Positions 59,654 to 64,000 of a DNA stretch of 64,000 nt are shown here, piece by piece. Source of the DNA: Chloropicon primus (lineage: Eukaryota). A model generated the notes under the pieces. The model was not told the origin of the DNA and searched no databases. It was given only the letters and a program-made list of their open reading frames with translations. Location: contig CP060759.1 of assembly GCA_023205875.1 (NCBI GenBank), forward strand, positions 434,001-498,000, in the 5' to 3' direction. Position numbers and translations under genes: made by a program. Position 1 is the stretch's first letter, and each line of letters starts with the position of its first letter.

Positions 59654-59821
59654 GCCTTTGGCTGGTCAGCAAAGGTTGAGATTCGGGGGACAGAAAGAAA
59701 GGCGTGTGTGTGTGTGCTGACCGTTGTATCATTCTTTCTAGCTTCGTTTCGCGTAAAGAGCCTAGCCTTGTGACGTTCCGAGGGGCGCCTTCCCGGGGTG
59801 AACCCTTGGTACGGATGGTTT

Positions 59822-59840
59822 TGTAAAGTTTATTTTGTAA
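59822..59840 (+). terminator. Two TGTAA chlorophyte poly(A) signals closing the S6/snoRNA-host transcript
   Basis: tgtaa at 59822 and 59836; none seen between the S6 stop and the first downstream splice donor. Confidence 0.6.
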
Positions 59841-59848
59841 GAATGTAT

Positions 59849-61549
59849 TTACATGGTCAGGTCATCTGGATTCTCGATGACTGCCTTGAGCGTTTGGCAG
59901 AACTCCGCCGCGTCAGCCCCGTAGATTATCCTGTGGTCGGTGGTGAGATTGATCGTCATCTGCTTCTCGACTCCGATTTTTCCGTCAGCAGTGGCCACGA
60001 CAGTGGGCTTGCTTCCACCCACAGCCATGATGGTTCCCGTACCAGAGGGCAGGATGGCATCGAATTTATCGACTCCGTACATGCCCAAGTTCGAAATGGT
60101 GAAGGTTCCGGTGCTGTACTCATCGGGTGCGAGCTGCTTGCCCCTCGCTCGGGTCACGAGGTCTCCCCAGTTCCTCGAGAGCTGGTAAATGTCGGTCTTA
60201 TCGGCGTTCTGCAGCACAGGGGTGATCAACCCTCCGTCAGGCATCGCCACTGCCACAGCGATGTTGATGTTCTCGTTGTAGATGATCCCATCTCCCGCTG
60301 GTGTGCATGCCGCGTACATGATTGGGTGCTTCGTCAGAGCAACTGCAACGGCCTTTGACAGGAGGGCGGTCATCGTCACGCCCTTGGGCTTCAGCTTCTT
60401 GTACAGGGCGTCAAACGCGTCCGTGGTTATCGTGTAAGCGACCCGGGAGACAGGAATCTCCAAGCTTGCGATCATGTTGGAAGAAACCGCGGCCTGCATG
60501 CCGGTGAAAGGGACGACCTCACCATCCCCAGAAGGAGCGGCGGCGGCAGGCGCGGCCTTCTTTGCGGGGGGAGAGGAAGCAGCCGCTGGGGCAGCAGGGG
60601 TGGCGGCAGGGGTGGAAGCTGGGGGGGCAGCCGGGGGGGCGCCTCCCGACTTGGCCAACTCCACGTCAGAGGCTGTGATCCTGCCGTTCGGGCCAGACCC
60701 TCCAAGGGTCGAGAGGTCCACGCCCAACTCCTTCGCAAGCTTCTTGGCGTACGGCGTGGCGATGACCCTCCCGTCGGCCCTCTTCACGGGCGCAGGCGCA
60801 GGGGCCGCAGGCGCAGGGGCCGCAGGCGCTGGGGCTGGGGCCGCTGGGGCTGGGGCCGCAGCCTCGGCCGGTGGGGCCGCAGGGGCCTCGGGCTCCGGCT
60901 CCGCCGCGGCAGCAGCAGGGGCTCCCCCACCTCCCGACTTCGACTTGGCCTCCTCCAGCTCGGCCTCTGTTTCCGCGATGTACGCTATCGGCTCTCCAAC
61001 CGCAGCGGTGGCTCCGTCGGGGACGACTATGCTTCCGATGTACCCGTCGTAAAACGTTTCGACATCCATATCAGCCTGGAGGAGGAAGACGACAGACAGA
61101 CAGACAGAGACAGAGAGAGAGAGAGACAGAGAGAGTCAGATCCGATGCAAATTGTCCGGAGGGCCACGATGCGACCGAGGGCATCACTTCGCACCCTCAT
61201 CATCCGAGTAGGATGATGTTGTGTCCCTCGACGTGGCGTTTCGTCACGACTGCTCAAATCTCTTTTTCGTCCCCGTCGACCCTTTTCTTTCGTTCGACCC
61301 CTTCGCGCCACTCACCTTGTCACTCTCGACGACCACGATGCTCTCCCCCTTGGTGATCTTCTCTCCCGAACCCTTGAGCCAGGACACGATCTTTCCCTCT
61401 GTCATGGTGCTACTGAGCGCCGGCATGAAGATCTCACGAACTTTCGCCCTCGTGACGAGCCTCTTGGCGGTCGACCTGCCGGACCTCTGGGCACCTCCGA
61501 CGCAGGTCGCCACCTTGGTCGTCCTCGTGACACTCGCGAACCCCTTCAT
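59849..61549 (-). CDS. Plastid pyruvate dehydrogenase E2 (dihydrolipoamide acetyltransferase), 2 exons
   Basis: EIFMPALSSTMTEGKIVSW, lipoyl site ESDK|ADMDVE, ATPYAKKLA, GTFTISNLGM, DHRIIYGAD; intron 61076-61315. Confidence 0.95.
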
Positions 61550-62210
61550 CGTGGACCACAACAACCTCTTGACCTCCGCTCTCTCTCTCTCTCTCTCTCT
61601 CTCGCAGCGCGCTCCACCGCTCGCTTGGGGCGCAACTTTTCCAAACTTACATTCTAACTACGCGAAGTGGGAAACCTGTTGGAATACAACTTCACATTTA
61701 AAATACCACTGGAAATCTTCGCACACCCAAACGAAACGCCTGAACCACTCAGTTCAGGTGAGTGTAATTATGTACTTTTGGAGTGTAAAGGTGTCAGATT
61801 GGTTTGGCGCCCGACGAAGCTGTCGGGGGGAGAGGACCGCCTTCGTCTTCAGTCCAGAACAAGGCGGAGGGAGGTCTACTGAGGTGACTCTCAAGGTAAG
61901 AGATGAATTCTTCGCGTCTTCCTCTTTCGAACGAGTGGTCGTTCGAAAGAAACGAAGCAGGGATGAGGATGACAGAGACTGATGGTTTTGATTTTGGAAT
62001 CGGAATGGGAATGGGATCCTCTTCTCTTCCTGTTGCTGCTGTTGTTCGTGATGATGACGACGATGGTGAGCAGAGGAAGGGACGCAGAAACAACGCGTCG
62101 TTCCTTTTCTCCTTCGCTTTCGATTCATCCAGGTGGTGGTGATTGTCGTCGTCGTCGTCGTCGTCGTCGTCGTTAGATTCTTCTTCGGTGCTTGGATGGA
62201 TGGATTGAAG

Positions 62211-63189
62211 ATGGAGCGAGAGAGAGTCGTGTTGGGGAAGCAGGCGATGACGAGGATGCACAGGGAGCTCAAGATGATGGCTACAGAGCCGCCTCCGGGT
62301 GTGAGCGCCTGGCCAAAGGACGAGAACAAGATTCATGAGGTGAGGAACTCCTCCCGGCCCAGCCCTATTTGTGTGTGTGTTGTTCGCTGACCATTCCCTT
62401 GGTTCTTTCGTCCTCGAACGCGACCAGCTCGAGGCGGTGATTCAGGGACCGCCGGACACGGTGTACGAGAACGGGTTCTTTCACCTCAACGTGACGATAC
62501 CGACGAGGTAAGAAGAGGGAGACAACAGTTGTTCGTTCTCACACCAACTTCTTTCTGCTGCTGCTGACCCTGTGCCACTCCCGCCTCTCTTGTTCTTAGG
62601 TACCCGTTCGAGCCGCCGAGCGTGCAGTTCTCGACGCCGATCTACCACCCGAACATCGATTCGAGCGGCAGAATCTGCTTGGATACGCTGAACATGCCGC
62701 CCAAAGGCGCCTGGAAGCCGTCCCTGAACATCTCCACCGTCCTGTCGACCATAAGACTTCTTTTGGAGCACCCCAACCCCGATGACGGCCTCATGACTGA
62801 CATCGTAAGTACCCTCTCCATCTCGAGAAGGAGAAGGAGAAGGAGAAGACGTCGTTAACCCATTCCCCACTCGCGCCGCTTCGGTGACTGACGCCGCTTC
62901 TCGGACCCGTCGTCGTCGTTCTTCATCTTTTGTGTGTGTGCGTGTGTGTGTGCAGACGCAAGAGTACAAGCACAACAGGGAGCTGTTCGACGCCAAGGCC
63001 AGGAAGAGCGTAGAGGCTCACGCGAAGAGAGGAAGCCGGGCGGAAGCCCGTGCCGGTGGCGCCGAGCCCGCGGCCTCGCAAGAGGAGAGAAGCGTGGAGG
63101 ACGACCACGAGCTCGCCACCGCCGGGAAGCGCAAGTCCAGGCTGGGCCTCGTCTCCAGCAGCAAGAGCAAGATTGCGAAGCAAGTGTAA
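62211..63189 (+). CDS. UBE2T: Ubiquitin-conjugating enzyme, UBE2T/UBC37 type, 4 exons
   Basis: [47 protein letters not shown]; introns 62340-62427, 62508-62599 and 62805-62955. Confidence 0.9.
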
Positions 63190-63264
63190 AACAAAGCTGT
63201 ACTAGAGAAGGGTGTTTCTTTTATTGTTGGCTGCTTCCTCCTCCACCCCCCCCCCTTCCTGGAC

Positions 63265-63863
63265 TCAAAGTGACTTGAGAGCTTCCTGGATGTCGGCGTA
63301 AACCTTATCCTTGGCCTGGTCGCCGTTGATTCTGACCAAAACATCGCTGTAGGAATCCAAGATCGCGGCAACGTTGCTGTTGTGAGTCTCGAGCCTCGGC
63401 ACAACCTTCTCCTCGGTGTCGTCGCTCCTCTGGATCAGCCTCTCCGCGACCTCCTCGCTCTCCGGTGGAGCGTACTTGAGGTGGTAGATCTTTCCCGTCT
63501 CCGGGTCGAGCCTCCTGCCCACAACCCTGTCCACCAGGATAGAATCCGGCACCTCGAGGAGGAGGAACACTTCCGGCCTGATGTTCGCCTCCTCCAGGGC
63601 ATCGGCCTGGTCCTTGCTTCGAGGGTAACCGTCCAGGAGCCACCCAGCCAAAGCGTCCGGCTGGTTCAGCCTGTCTTTGACCATGGTCACAACGATCTCG
63701 TTGGGAACGAGCTTTCCGGCATCCATGAACTCCTTCGCCTTCAGCCCGTTCGCAGTCCCGCTGCCCACCTCCGCGCGAAGGAGGTCGCCCGCGCTAATGT
63801 GCGTCAAGTTGTAGTTTCCCGAAAGCATCTCGCATTGCGTCCCCTTTCCAGAAGCAGGAGCGC
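63265..63863 (-). CDS. Adenylate kinase (plastid type), last exon; the 5' part lies beyond the window
   Basis: (G)APASGKGTQC, HISAGDLLR, GWLLDGYPR, RRLDPETGKIYH, QRSDD; splice acceptor at 63864-63865. Confidence 0.93.
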
Positions 63864-63877
63864 CTTTCGAGCGAGCG

Positions 63878-63917
<40 letters not shown>

Positions 63918-64000
63918 TCCATCGTCGAGTCAGCGAGCGAATCGGAATCCCAATGACGCGCTCGCAAACAGAAAGACTTCGTGTGACGGGGCGTTGAAAA

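Overview
Eukaryotic nuclear DNA from a compact, gene-dense green alga. The short GT-AG introns, TGTAA poly(A) signals, (GA)n microsatellites and many plastid-targeted genes suggest a Chloropicon-like picoalga, but the taxon is an inference. About 34 protein genes are supported, mostly housekeeping: ALS, CUL1, RPL18a, RPL34, LSM4, cpSRP54, EngA, GluRS, RAF1, ERG24, PDH-E2, UBE2T and others. Three things stand out beyond routine annotation. (1) An ORF-free 1.2 kb stretch at 58.6-59.8 kb is three spliceable introns directly downstream of the stop codon of an extended mitochondrial S6 gene, and they carry five box C/D snoRNAs including U14. (2) A 'hypothetical' gene at 43.6-44.5 kb matches the p1 subunit of the ciliate MTA1c/AMT1 DNA 6mA methyltransferase complex and carries an added C-terminal UBA domain. 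(3) Tandem GATCGATC motifs recur at gene 5' ends, including inside a perfect 166-bp tandem repeat. Flagellar-type genes (CFAP36, WDR17) and two adjacent MGC-type acylated orphan genes are also present. All homology calls come from recalled family motifs; no searches were run.
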